Positions 37,305 through 49,261 of a stretch of DNA of 56,403 nt are shown here, in pieces. The position numbers and the translations under genes are program-made. Below the pieces are notes generated by a model. That model was not told where the DNA came from, searched no databases, and worked only from the letters and a program-made list of their open reading frames with translations. Where the stretch lies: NCBI RefSeq assembly GCF_001194135.2, contig NC_068986.1, forward strand, positions 91,846,828-91,903,230, in the 5' to 3' direction. The stretch is from Octopus bimaculoides. Its lineage: Eukaryota. Position 1 is the stretch's first letter, and every line of letters begins with the position of its first letter.

Positions 37305-37372
37305 CCAACGCAACTATTGTTGTTGCAAAAGCAGCTAATCCAGTGGCCAAACTCACATGTACCAATATAAAG
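37305..37372 (+). other. Candidate 68-nt coding exon
   Basis: Long pyrimidine tract ending gctgcacag, donor AAG|gtcagt, and one open frame (…NATIVVAKAANPVAKLTCTNIK). No homology recognised. Confidence 0.3.
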
Positions 37373-37512
37373 GTCAGTAGCTACAACAACAACAACAACA
37401 ACAACTGTTGCTGCTGCTTTTAATGCGATCACTAACACCACTGCTCCACCTCTAAGCTACTTCCTGGTTTCAATTGGTGATATTTCTCATCATTACATCA
37501 CCATATGTATAT

Positions 37513-37563
<51 letters not shown>

Positions 37564-37772
37564 CATACACACACACATACACGTTCATTCATACACATAG
37601 CCTCTCTTATACACACTCACACACACTCATACCCTCTCTTACACACACATACACACACACACCCTCTCATACGCACATACCCTTTCTTACACATACATAC
37701 ACACATACCCTCTCTAATACATACACACACACATCCTCTCATACACACACACACACACACATACACATACGC

Positions 37773-37805
<33 letters not shown>

Positions 37806-37809
37806 TATG

Positions 37810-37985
37810 TAGTGGAGGATCTCAGTTGGCTGGCGATGAGAATTCAGTAGTTTGATCAACTGAATAAGTTGCAGAGCATTACACAGACACGTGTATGTTT
37901 AACATAATACTCAGGCAGAATCGGCATAGCACAGTGTATAGGTGCATGTGTGCTTGTGTGACAAGGCTGTACCTTTTGGATTATA
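37810..37985 (-). mobile_element. Decayed SINE family C 3' part
   Basis: Matches the reverse complement of 41270-41390 (gcagagcattacacagacacgtg). Confidence 0.55.
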
Positions 37986-38164
37986 GACACTGTCCACCCA
38001 ATAGTCTAATATAACAGTATCCATTCACCCAATTTTACTCACCAGGTGTAGGTTGACCCAAGGCTATAGAAAGTAACATTTGAACATGAAGCTATACAGT
38101 GGAAGTGAACCTGGGACCATGTGGTTGTGAAGAAAATTTCTTAACCATCTGGTCATACCTCAGC

Positions 38165-38362
38165 GAGGCCAGCAATTTTTGTGGGGAGGGGACAAGTTGA
38201 TTACACCAACCACAGTACTTGACTGGTATTTTTATTCCATCAGTCTTGAAAGGATGAAAGGCAAAGTTGACCTCAGTGGGATTTGAACCCAGAATTTAAG
38301 AACTGGAAGAAATGCTGCTAAGCATTTTGTTTGAGTTATCAATTCTCTCAGCTCACTGCCTT
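38165..38362 (-). mobile_element. SINE family B
   Basis: Family-B core. Confidence 0.75.
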
Positions 38363-38919
38363 CGGATTGATTTAATCACCTGTTTGTGTCCATAAGATTT
38401 TTAGCCTTAAGGACGGTTAATTGACAGGTTATATAAAGTATGTAATAGTTTATTTTTATTTTTTATTTACTTTGTTTTAAGAGTATCCCAGAAATCAGGA
38501 ACCAAATCAGAAATTTTTCAAAGCTATGATGAGATGACTGATTCAAATTTTCAATTTTTGCATATGCAGTAATATTCAGATTTAAATAGAGAACAATACG
38601 AATGAAAAATGAACAAAATTTAGCACAATACAATACATATTATTTCAAATTAAAAACAATTTTTATACAATTTATGATAACAATACTATCTGGGGTAATT
38701 ATGAATTTTAATCGATACTTGTCCGACACCATGCACAAGAAAACGGAGAACACTTTTAAGTGATTGTTATCCAATTCAAATTTCAACAATACAAATCAAA
38801 ATTAATACAGTTTATGGTAATTATGTAATTTAGGTTAATTAAGAATTTATCTTATTAATCTATCATCATGTGTAAGAACACAGAGAACACTTGTAAATGT
38901 TTGTTACTGCAGTCATTCT

Positions 38920-39350
38920 CTCTCCACATTAACTCCTTCGTTTATAATTTAGAAAAACATCTGGTTAGCACATCTTTGATTCCTTAATTTCTCTTTAGCC
39001 CTCTTCCAAAGCAATTGAATAGACTGACTATGGATAATGTCAACATGATCCACAAAATTTGTTTCATGTACACCCCATGTTATGAATGCATTTTCCATCA
39101 CCTTTAACTTGGTCTTTACTGACACATGCATCCAATTCATCACAGGTCCCTATACAGGGAAATATCTTTTCTGTGCTGTGCTCCACTCCTCTGGATATCC
39201 ATTGATGCAGACCCATCCTACCAACTGCATAAGAAAAACAGTTTCATCAATTCCAACCAATTTTATGCTTTCTATTACCATTCATACCACCAATTCCATT
39301 GAAATTGTCCTCAATCTATTCGTAGCAAACATTTCTGTGTTAAATTCTCC
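38920..39350 (-). mobile_element. Merlin / IS1595(ISXO2)-like DDE transposase relic
   Basis: Across frameshifts: IGG…LVGIDETVF, GR…QWISRGVEHSTEKIF, VHETNFVDH..IIHSQSIQLLWKRAKEKLR, KELMWR. These match Merlin motifs IGG..VEIDES.F, WVFGG.ER, NH..NFVDP…HTQ.IE..W…K and EFMWR. Confidence 0.8.
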
Positions 39351-40587
39351 CCAGTCAGTAACTGCATATTAACTTATTTTCATCTTGAACAAAAATTGAG
39401 AATGTCCAATAATAGTTTTGAAAAACTTGGACCCAATTTAAGATGCATTAATTACTCTATAAGATAAGAGACATAGGACAATGTAGTTTTGAATACATTT
39501 TGTCTTAAAAAATTTATGGATTAATCACAGTTAGAACACTCTTAATCGTGCAGGGTTGACTTATTGAAATTTGAATAGGAATAAAGCTTGTACAAGACAG
39601 AAAAGCTGGCATGTGTTTGCCTCTTGATTAGAGAAAGAGAACCAATTGTGTCATCAACTTGTTGATCAAATTTGGGGAGGAAGAGGGGGGGGGGTAAATG
39701 AAATGTATAATTTTTCTTTTTTGAACTGAGTTTTTTCTCATTGTTACTTAACCTGCCTGTAACGCTTTCACATGATTAGTTGAAGAGAAAGATGAAGAGC
39801 GAAAGAAAAAGGAGAGAAAAAGAAGGTAAGGTAAAGCAAGAGAGAAAGAGGGGAAAGTGGTGTATTAAGTTTATGAAATTGTGCATAAAGTATATAAAGT
39901 GCATTAAGTAATCATCATATTCCAATTTCCTTCACTTTTCAATAATTAGCAGATGAGCAACTATCTTTTGATACAGACACAACACGGGCTACACTATCAG
40001 GTTTTTTTGATAAAGTTTTCAGAAATAACCCAATAAGTTTACCATTAATTCCATGAAATATTCATGGGTCCTCCTAGTTAAAATCATTAAAAGATTAGCA
40101 TGAAATAGTAAGTGCAACAATAAGTGGAGCTTTGAAATAACATGCATTATGATATTGTTACAATCCTTCAGAGTGTGTTTAAAGATTACAGAATTTGATT
40201 TTCTCATTTGCACTTACAAGTGTGTTCACACATACACACACACATATACAAAATCTCAGTAAAAATCAGAGACAATAGGCTTTGAATAAACCAGCGAAAA
40301 AAATTAAAAACGAAGAAGACAAAACATTGGTATATCATGTTCTTTCACAAGTGCCCCATACCCATTACCAAATCACTTAACTCTCAATAGTTCAAATGAC
40401 CTAGAAGTAAATAGATGTCACCAGATAATGTAGTACATTGTATTCTATTTCAAAACACATCCCACTTAGCTCTCAACAGTCCACCTAGCTGTATGTGAAT
40501 ACCACAGGATAATTCACTGTACTATCACTCATGGCCAATACACTTAGCTCTCACTAATCCAGGTCAACTAGCTGCACTAAAATATCC

Positions 40588-40802
40588 TTTTCTACTCTAG
40601 GCACAAGGCCTAAAATTTTGCGGGAGGGGGGGGGGCAATCGATTAAATCGACTCCAGTACACAACTGGTACTCAATTTATCGACCTCGAAAGGATGAAAG
40701 GCACAGTCGACCTTGGTGGAATTTGAACTCAGAATGTAAAGACAGACGAAAAACCACGAAGCATTTCACCTGGCATGCTAACGCTTCTGCTAGCTCGCCA
40801 CC
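40588..40802 (-). mobile_element. SINE family B, relatively young
   Basis: Family-B core with retained CpGs. Confidence 0.82.
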
Positions 40803-41044
40803 TTGCTGCAGTTAAATATCACAAAATGGAACATAGTTTCCTATAGTACAAAGAAGAAGCAACCCTGGAAAGCTGGTCTGTATTTGCCTTTTAGTTGGAG
40901 AAAGAAAACAAAATCCTAATGGTAATCGTTAGCAACTTCTCCACAAAAGTAAGATCACTTAAAAGAAATTAAGAATAAATTTTGCAGAAAATTACTAAGC
41001 ACCATGCCTAAATTTGACCTTTGTGAGCAGGTATGTTGACAACT

Positions 41045-41428
41045 GTGGAGGCACAATGGCCGAGTGGTTAGGGCAGCGGACTTGCGGTCATAGGATCGCA
41101 GTTTCGATTCCCAGACCGGGCGTTGTGAGTGTTTATCGAGCAAAAACACCTAAAAGCTCCACGAGGCTCCGGCAGGGGATGGTGGCAAACCCTGCTGTAC
41201 TCTTTCACCACAACTTTCTCTCACTCTTTCTTCCTGTTTCTGTTGTACCTGTATTTCAAAGGGCCAGCCTTGTCACACTGAATATCCCCGAGAACTACGT
41301 TAAGGGTACACGTGTCTGTGGAGTGCTCAGCCACTTGCACATTAATTCTACAAGCAGGCTGTTCCATTAATCGGATCAACTGGAACCCTCGACGTCGTAA
41401 GCGATGGAGTGCCAACGATAACAACAAC
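41045..41428 (+). mobile_element. Complete tRNA-derived SINE family C with TSD
   Basis: A-box TGGCCGAGTGG, B-box-like GTTTCGATTCC, (AAC)n tail and exact 12-bp TSD ATGTTGACAACT (41033-41044, 41429-41440). Confidence 0.92.
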
Positions 41429-41697
41429 ATGTTGACAACTACACACAGATCTCATCCAAACGTTGTAAAATATTTGGAGATCAGTAAATCTATATTACTG
41501 AAGCACAAATAAATTTCCAGTATTAAGACATGGATCATCATCATCATCATCATCCTTTAATGTTTGTTTTCCATGTTGGCATGGATTGGATGGTTCAACA
41601 GGAGCTGGCTAGGCAGAAGACTGCGCCAAGCTTCAGTGCCTGTTTTGGCATGGATAAATTTATATTATTTAAGCATAGGTAAATTTATGATGTAAAA

Positions 41698-42030
41698 GTG
41701 CATGGCTCAGTGGTTAGGGCATTGGGCTCACAATCATGAGGTAGTGAGTTCAATTCCTGGATCAGGTTGTGTGCTGTGTTCTTGAGCAAGACACTTTATT
41801 TCATGGTGCTTCAGTTCACTCGGCTGTAGAAATGAGTAGCGATATCATTGGTGCCAAGCTGTATCAGTCTTTACCTTTCACTTAGATAACATTGGTGGCA
41901 TGGACAGGGGAGGCTGGTATGCATGTGCAACCGCTGGTCTTCCATAATCAACCTTGCCCAGACTTGTGCTTCAGAGGGTGACTTCCTAAGTGCAATCCCA
42001 TGGTCATTCATGACTGAATAGGGACTTTAC
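41698..42030 (+). mobile_element. tRNA-headed SINE family D
   Basis: tggctcagtggttag, gagttcaattcc and core ttgagcaagacactttatttca…cactcggctgtagaaatgagt. Confidence 0.75.
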
Positions 42031-42053
42031 TCTTTAAATTTATGATATTTATA

Positions 42054-42410
42054 TCATCATCATCATCATCGTTTAACATCCGCTTTCCATGCTGGTATGG
42101 GTTGGACGGTTTGACTGGGGACTGGTGAGCCAGATGGCTGCACCAGGTTCCAATCTAATTTGGCAGAGTTTCTACAGCTGGATGCTCTTCCTAATGCCAA
42201 CCACTCTGAGAGTATAGTGGGTGCTTTTATGTGCCATCGGCACAAGGGCCAGTCAGGTGGTACTGGCAACGGCCAAGCTCAAATGGTGTTTTTATGTGTC
42301 ACCTGCACAGGAGCCAGTCCAGCGGCACTGGCAACTCCCTCACTCAAATGTTGTTTTCCATGTACTACCAGCACAAGTGCCAGTAAGGCGACGCTAGTAA
42401 CGATCATGCT
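42054..42410 (-). mobile_element. Family E retroposon
   Basis: (CAT)n followed by gtttaacatccgctttccatgc…. Confidence 0.85.
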
Positions 42411-42697
42411 GTATAAATAAATTTTAAATATTTGACCATGGATATCATTATCATTGTGTTAACATCTACTTTTCTATGCTTACAAGGGTCAAATAAAATT
42501 ATCTACGGCTGGATGCCCTTTCTGTTGCCAACACTAGCTTGTTCCCAAGCATGGTAATATTTTACCATGAACAGATGTTTTCACTGAAGTCTGGAAATGA
42601 TGGACATGTGTTGTATGACAGTGATGCTCATTTATAAGTATCACATAATATTAAGACAAAGTGACTCAAACTCACACACCATTCATGGAAAATAGAC

Positions 42698-42747
<50 letters not shown>

Positions 42748-43266
42748 TAATTAATAAGTTTAAGGGTAGCAAAAAAAAATTTAGAAATTCAATTTACTAC
42801 CGGTGGTCTAGCGAGAAAAAAATTAGTCAACAGACTATATATTATTCATTTAAAATACACATCAGAGATGCCTATAATAAGACATCTATGCACACTCACA
42901 CCCATATACACACAAACACACACGTGACAGGCTTTTTTCAGGTTCTGTCCACTAAATCCAAATCCACTCACAAGCCTTTGATCAGCTCAGGGCTATAGTA
43001 GAAAACATCTGTCCAAGGCGTCATGCAGTTGGACTGAGCTTGATCCCATGTGATTGGGAAACAAACTGCTTAGTCACACGTTTAAATTATACTGCACTTT
43101 ACAACAACAGCAGATTGTTATAATCTAAATGTCATCTTAATCCTCTTTGCTTCATCTGTCTTAGCTTTATCAGAAAGCAGTTTGCTGAAAAATGTATACA
43201 ACTAGAAATATTTAAATAACAAGTTCCAAATTCAGAGTTAGAAGAAAAAAATGTATTCTCTCTTAC

Positions 43267-43310
43267 CTTGGATATTTAGTCCATTCTCTTAAGTCCTTGT
43301 CAACAGACTC
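43267..43310 (-). other. Candidate 44-nt coding exon (ESVDKDLREWTKYP+AG)
   Basis: Acceptor tatcttcattatttcttctag|GAG and donor AAG|gtaaga. Only one frame is open (phase 0 to phase 2). Protein not recognised. Confidence 0.45.
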
Positions 43311-43345
43311 CTAGAAGAAATAATGAAGATAATAATGATAATAAT

Positions 43346-43410
<65 letters not shown>

Positions 43411-43438
43411 CAATAATAATAATAATAACAACAACAAT

Positions 43439-43804
43439 AACAAGAGCACTCAGAGAGCACAAACCTCTGCCAAAGCAACACCAATTTCCTCTCAACAATT
43501 AGCTGGAGATGATATTTAAAATGAGAATATCTGAAATAAACTCGACTGCTCTCACAAACAAGAATACTAAAAATGAACTCGACCACTCTCTAAAAATTAA
43601 GCAAATAAACACGAAAAATAATCCAGAATCCTTGTCTGGTACCAGATTGATCCCAAAATCTAATCAGTTTGTGTCAGTCATGAGACCAAACATCCCTGAA
43701 AGTTTCATCCGAATCTATCCAGAGGTTCTTGAGATATCTTGACCACGGACAAACAAACATGACTGAAAACAACACCTCCACCTTCGCTAAGGCAGTGGTA
43801 ATAA
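43439..43804 (+). mobile_element. Helentron-associated MITE (HINE/Pearl-like)
   Basis: 5' AACAAGAG…CCTCTGCCAA sub-terminal repeat and 3' hairpin CCTCCACCTT-cgct-AAGGCAGTGG, in an A/T-rich site. Confidence 0.6.
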
Positions 43805-43807
43805 CGA

Positions 43808-44015
43808 TCCTTTCTACAAGGCCTGAAATTTGGTGAAGGGGATTAGTTGATTACATTGACCCCCAGTACTTGATTGGCACTTATTCTATCGAACCCGAAA
43901 GGAGGAAAGGTAAAGTTGACCATGGCAGAATTTGAACTCAGAACGTAAAGACAGCTGAAATGCCACTAAGCATTTTGCCCAGTATTGCTAATGATTCTGC
44001 CAGCTTGCTGCCTTA
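43808..44015 (-). mobile_element. SINE family B
   Basis: Family-B core. Confidence 0.78.
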
Positions 44016-44048
44016 ATAATCTCGTAATATAATAATGAGCGTAGTGTT

Positions 44049-44224
44049 ACCAGGCTCCAATCTAAATTTGGCAGAGTTTCTACAGTTAGGAAGGGCATCC
44101 AGCTGTAGAAACTCTGCCAAATTTAGATTGGAGCCTGGTGTTGCCATCCGGTTTCACCAGTCCTCAGTCAAATCGTCCAACCCATGCTAGCATGGAAAGC
44201 GGACGTTAAACGATGATGATGATG
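44049..44224 (+). mobile_element. 5'-truncated family E copy with perfect foldback
   Basis: 37-bp perfect inverted repeat 44049-44085/44103-44139 with a 17-nt loop, then the standard E tail and (GAT)n. Confidence 0.88.
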
Positions 44225-44957
44225 NNNNNNNNNNTGTTAAATAATTTCATTGCACTCTTGCAATCTCTTCAGTAACTTGTCTCTACTGTTTATAAATTAA
44301 TAAAGGACTGAACCAGTGCGTGTGTTTATTACTGGCATAATGCCTCTCCCAAGGTTTAATTGTATTTCTTTCAACACACATATCCACATCAAGAATCTTG
44401 CACACAAAATAAACATACGAAATATAAATATATATATATTTGTCCAAAATCACAGAGCAGGAGGAAGAGTAGCGTAAGTGAAGGGAGAGGAGAGAAAATA
44501 GTAATTCAGTGAAGGAGAAGTAGTGAGAGAAAGTAATAGCAATGAGAGAAAGGAAGAGGCAAAAAAGCATATCGTGTATCTTCTGTTTTTCTCTGTTGCA
44601 ACATATGAATGAGAAAGGAAGGGGTGATAGATGAATAATGAAGGAAAGGATGAAAAAAGTCAGAATTTCAACTTTGTGTGAGTATATGTCTCTGTATCTA
44701 AAAGGGAGGTATGTGAATGTTTGTGTGTGTGTGTGTGTGTGCAATGGAAATGGGATGGTGAACATTCAACGCTGAAAAGAAAAATCAAACAGTGTTTCAA
44801 CTCTGAGTATATGTGTGTGCGTGTACAAGGGAAGTATGCGAATGTTTGTATGTGTGATTATTATGTACTTTATTTTGTACCTTATTTATATATAAAATAC
44901 TACAATTAACCATAATTTCTGACGGCACAGGGTCAGCTAGTAGTAATAATGATAATC

Positions 44958-45168
44958 CTTTCAACTAAAGGCACCAGGCCTGAAATTTGCAGGGAGGGAG
45001 TAAGTCAATTACATCAACCCTAGTACTCAACTGGTACTTAATTTATTGACCCTGAAAGGATAAAACGTAAAGTTGACCTCAGAGGAATTTGAACTCAGAA
45101 AGTAAAGACATACAAAATGTAGCAAAGTATCTTACCCAGTGAGCTAACAATTCTGTCAGTTCACTGCC

Positions 45169-45170
<2 letters not shown>
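44958..45170 (-). mobile_element. SINE family B, CpG-decayed
   Basis: Family-B core. Confidence 0.78.
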
Positions 45171-45220
<50 letters not shown>

Positions 45221-45221
<1 letters not shown>

Positions 45222-45829
45222 CATCGTTTAATGTCCGCTTTCCATGCTAGCATGGATTGGACGATTTGACTCAGGACTGGCAAACAAGAGGGCTGCATCA
45301 GGCTCCAATCGGATTTGGCAGAGTTTCTACAGCTGGATGCTCTTCCTAATGGCAACCACTCTGAGAGTGTAGTGAGTGCTTTTACGTGCCACTGGCATGA
45401 GGGTCAGTCAGGCGGTATTGGCAACGGCCACGCTTAAATGGTGTTTTTTACATGCCACCTGCACAGGAGCCAGTCCAGCGGCACTGGCAATGACCTTGCT
45501 CAAATGCTTTTTCATGTGCCACCGGCACAGGTGCCAGCAGGGCGACGCTGGTAATGGATTTTCGAGCGAGATCATTGCCAGTGCCCCTGGACTGGCTTGT
45601 GCGGGTGGCACATAAAAGACACCATTTCGAGCGTGGCCGTTTTCGTGAGGGTGACACGTAAAAGCACCTACTACACTCTCTGAGTGGTTGGCGTTAGGAA
45701 AGGCATCCAGCTGTAGAAACTCTGCCAAATCGGATTGGAGCCTGGTGTAGCCATCTGGTTTCACCAGTCCTCAGTCAAATCGTCCAACCCATGCTAGCAT
45801 GGAAAGCGGACGTTAAACAACGACAACGA
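45221..45829. mobile_element. Head-to-head pair of family E copies
   Basis: Minus copy ~45221-45555 abuts plus copy ~45556-45817. Confidence 0.88.
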
Positions 45830-46519
45830 ATAGTAGTAGTAGTAGTAGTAGTTTAAAATTTTGGTAAAAGGCCAGCAATTTGGGGATTGATTACATTGAC
45901 CTCAGTACTCAACTGGTACACTGAGAAGATGAAAGGTATTGTTCATAGCTTCTGTGAAGAGTTTTTGGGGTTACAGAAGCAAGTGAGGGCCTACAGTCTG
46001 TGTATAGTTGACAAATAGCATCTCATATAGGAGCCACATGTAAATAAAGCTGTCCATTAGCATTTCCTGTTTGTTTGCAATGGTGAAACGTTAAGTCATT
46101 GTTGACCTTACTAAGTTTATCAAAAGTACACAAACTGCCATTATGTGAAAACTTCTCTTTTGCCACATTGCCTTAAAATAAACTCATCCATTCTGAAGGA
46201 CCAACTTGAGAAATTTAAATAGCTATGCGTTAATGACTTGAACTGAAATTGCCAGTGCTGTAGGTTAATAAGAACTAAAGTTGTCAGTTTTAAGTTGATA
46301 ATTAGTTGGTTCTACAATTAATTTATCTTTGATTTATTAATTAAGTTGGTGGATAATTAACTTAATTATTGGTGGTTTAACAATGAGTTGGTAAGTGATG
46401 AATTGGTACAATACCAATATTTTTTAAGCAATTAAATACTTTATTTATTTTATTTTATTTTATTTATTTATTTTTTTTTGTTATTTTGAATAAAAGAATT
46501 TTTCAATTTCAGGAACAGT

Positions 46520-47134
46520 GTTATGCATGGTGGTTGGATAGAGACAAAGTGCCAAAACACAATCCAAAAAAGAATCTTCCACCAAAAGAAGGTAATGGTA
46601 TCTGTTTGATGATCTAGCACTGGTGTCATCCACTACAGCTTCATGAGACCTGGTAAGTCAGTTACAACAGATGTATACATCAACCAATTGAATGAAATGA
46701 TGAGTGAACTTGCAATTAAACAACTGAGATTGGTCAATAGAAGCAGGCCGATTCTCTTGCAAGACAATGCTTGACCACATGTTGCACAAAGAATGCTACT
46801 CAAGTTACAGGAACTGAACTTGGAAGTACTCTGTCATCCACCTTGTTCACCAGACCTTGCACAAGCTGACAATCATGTTTTCCAGGCATTAGGAAACTTT
46901 TTGCAAGGAAAAAACTTTCAATCTGAAGAAGATGCAAAAACAGCCTTTCCTGATTTCATCACCTCTTGCTCTCCAGAATTCTTCACTGCAGGCATAAATA
47001 AGCTACCAATAAAATGGCAAAACTGTGTCGATAATTTAGATGCATATTTTGATTAACTGCATGACTTTTTGTTGAGATAAAGTAAAATAAACTTTTATTT
47101 CAAAATCAGACATTTTATTCTTAATGACCTGATA
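46520..47134 (+). mobile_element. mariner transposase relic, C-terminal half with 3' TIR (Hsmar1/cecropia-like)
   Basis: WLDRDKVPKH…LHQKKVMVSV…PILLQDNA*PHVA…HPPCSPDLAQAD…KLPIKWQNCVDNLDAYFD*. TIR-like end cattttattcttaatgacctgata. Confidence 0.93.
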
Positions 47135-47355
47135 TTTCTCATGAACCACTGGAATTTAACACTTGAAGAAAAAACATGATTTGGGAGGTGATTCCAAAAG
47201 TCCAGGGGTTCTGAGACAGAAGGCCTGTACAAAGTGAATAGTATAGGGCCTGAGAAGTTAAATACAACAATGGGAAGAGGAGAGGTGTGTGAGTCAGGAA
47301 TACCTGAATGAATGTAGCATGACCTCAGGCAACTCTGAGGAGCATAGGCCATCAT
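47135..47355 (-). mobile_element. L2/Crack-like LINE 3' fragment
   Basis: GLCSSEL…THLSSSH…FVQAFCLRT..FWNHLPNHVFSSSVKFQWFMRNI across frames. Confidence 0.7.
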
Positions 47356-47757
47356 AGAAGAGACAGAAAAAAAACAGAGAGAAGAAGCTCTACACCTCTA
47401 TGCCAGAAGCTGGAGCCTGTCTCTGAATGTTTTTATGACAATAACTTGTGTAACTCTTTCCAATGCATAACCCTGAGCTGACCAATGCCCTGTGGGTGAA
47501 TTTGGTAGATGGAAACTGTGTAGAAACTCATCACATATATATATATTTGTGTGTGTGTATTTGTACTCTCCACCACTAGACAACTGGTGTTGGTTTGTTT
47601 ATGTCCCTGTAACCTAGCAGTTCAACAAAAGAAACCACTAGAGTAAGTATCAAACTTTAAACGGGAATAAGTACTGAGGTAGATTTGCTTGACTAAACCC
47701 TTGAAGGTAGTATCCTAGCATGATCACAGTCCAATGACTGAAACAAGTAAATGATGC

Positions 47758-47791
<34 letters not shown>

Positions 47792-48639
47792 GACATACAC
47801 GTCAAACATAAGCCAGGTAAGGAACATCACCTCAGTTGCTTGACCTGCTAGATATAGCAGTCAAAGCTGCTTCAAATCATGCCTACCACCTTAAAACAAG
47901 GGAGAAGTCATTGGGTAATATAGTCTCTGCTATGCAAAAACATGCAATGATCATACGTAGAATGCATCTGACCAGACTGACCAAGGACTAAACAACCACA
48001 ACACACACAAGTGTCTGAACTAAACTGAAACAGACTATTTTTTGTTGTTGTTGTTGTACCATAAAAAACAATAAATAAATAAAAATAATACAAAATGGAA
48101 AAGTAAAATGAAAAGTGAAAAATTATAGTTTGCAGCAAACAAGCCAGTGGAAACTAATCAATTGTAGCTAACGAACAGGTAGGAATGTAAGTCAGTGAGT
48201 GTGCCACATGATTGCTTCTGGCAGATGAGAAGTGACATTTTATATGACCACAGAGAGAAAGACGAAACAGTTCTAACTTGCTTATTTTTGTTGTTGTTCT
48301 TTGTTTCTTTTAATGAGGAGCGGTGAGAGCTTAAAAATAAACCTTGTCCCTTCTCATAGTCTCTTCCTTATTCCATGACTTGTTAATCATATTAAATTCC
48401 TTGTATGTGTGTGTGTTGCATTGCAAAAAAATGTTAAGTATACATACATATGTAAGAGTTAAAATGTAGACATGAGAGGAAAAAGTACTCAATACATGTA
48501 ATACAACTCATTTATATATTCAAAGTCAGAAGTTTCCCTCCATTGCTAATCTGAGTCTCTCATTTTCATTTCCCCCTCTAAATATATATATGCACACATA
48601 GACACAAACACAAACACACACACACACGTAAATATATAA

Positions 48640-48870
48640 TCCTCCAATCCCGCTGTCCCCTACCCATCTCTCCTCCTTCCATGTGACCGGTGTCCGGCCA
48701 GTCATGATCTTTCTTTCTTGGCCTGACTGCAGACCGTCAACACGTCTCGTATCCATCTCCCATGTTCCTGCCTTTAGGCTTTTACTTCATACAGGCCAGC
48801 TCAATTTGAATCGTTCTCAGTGGAAAGACGCCTGTTGTTATTTCTTGATGTTGCATTCATAATTGTGTAC
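48640..48870 (-). mobile_element. Degenerate RTE-clade LINE C-terminal fragment
   Basis: AG(H)MG..MDTRRV…ERK.MTGRTPVTWKEE resembles the RTE WAGHVARM…KR..GRP..TW motif. Confidence 0.5.
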
Positions 48871-49166
48871 CATGTTCTCCGGTTTTTTTTTGTTTGTTTC
48901 TTTCGTCTTTGTTGCTGTACACATTCACTAGCTTTCTTACAAAGGGGTCTAATGCTCTTAGCTTAAACTTTTTTGGGGACAACCAGATCGAACCATCTCA
49001 AGTGTAACTGTCCGAAATGGTCGTAACTTCTGGTACTTGACTGATGAAAGAAAGCCAAGAATGACCTGTCTTTTTTTGCCAGTCCTTCTAATTGTTGTTT
49101 CTCTTGTCTGCCTTTGTGTCATCCATCTGTCTGAACGTTTTAATGCCTTCTATTGCGTTTTTGTTC

Positions 49167-49169
<3 letters not shown>

Positions 49170-49261
<92 letters not shown>

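Noticed and set aside
38380-39560. TIRs bounding the Merlin relic
   Set aside because: Only weak partial inverted similarity, with no GG terminus or TSD found.
41045-41125. tRNA gene (also 3802, 31684 and 41698)
   Set aside because: A/B boxes are present but there is no complete cloverleaf, and each continues into a SINE body.
44915-44941. Helitron 3' end (gacggcacagggtcagctag|t)
   Set aside because: The motif is suggestive, but no matching 5' end was found (gap upstream), so it is not annotated.
48526-48756. Host exon MDTRRVDG…
   Set aside because: Better explained as an RTE C-terminal relic.
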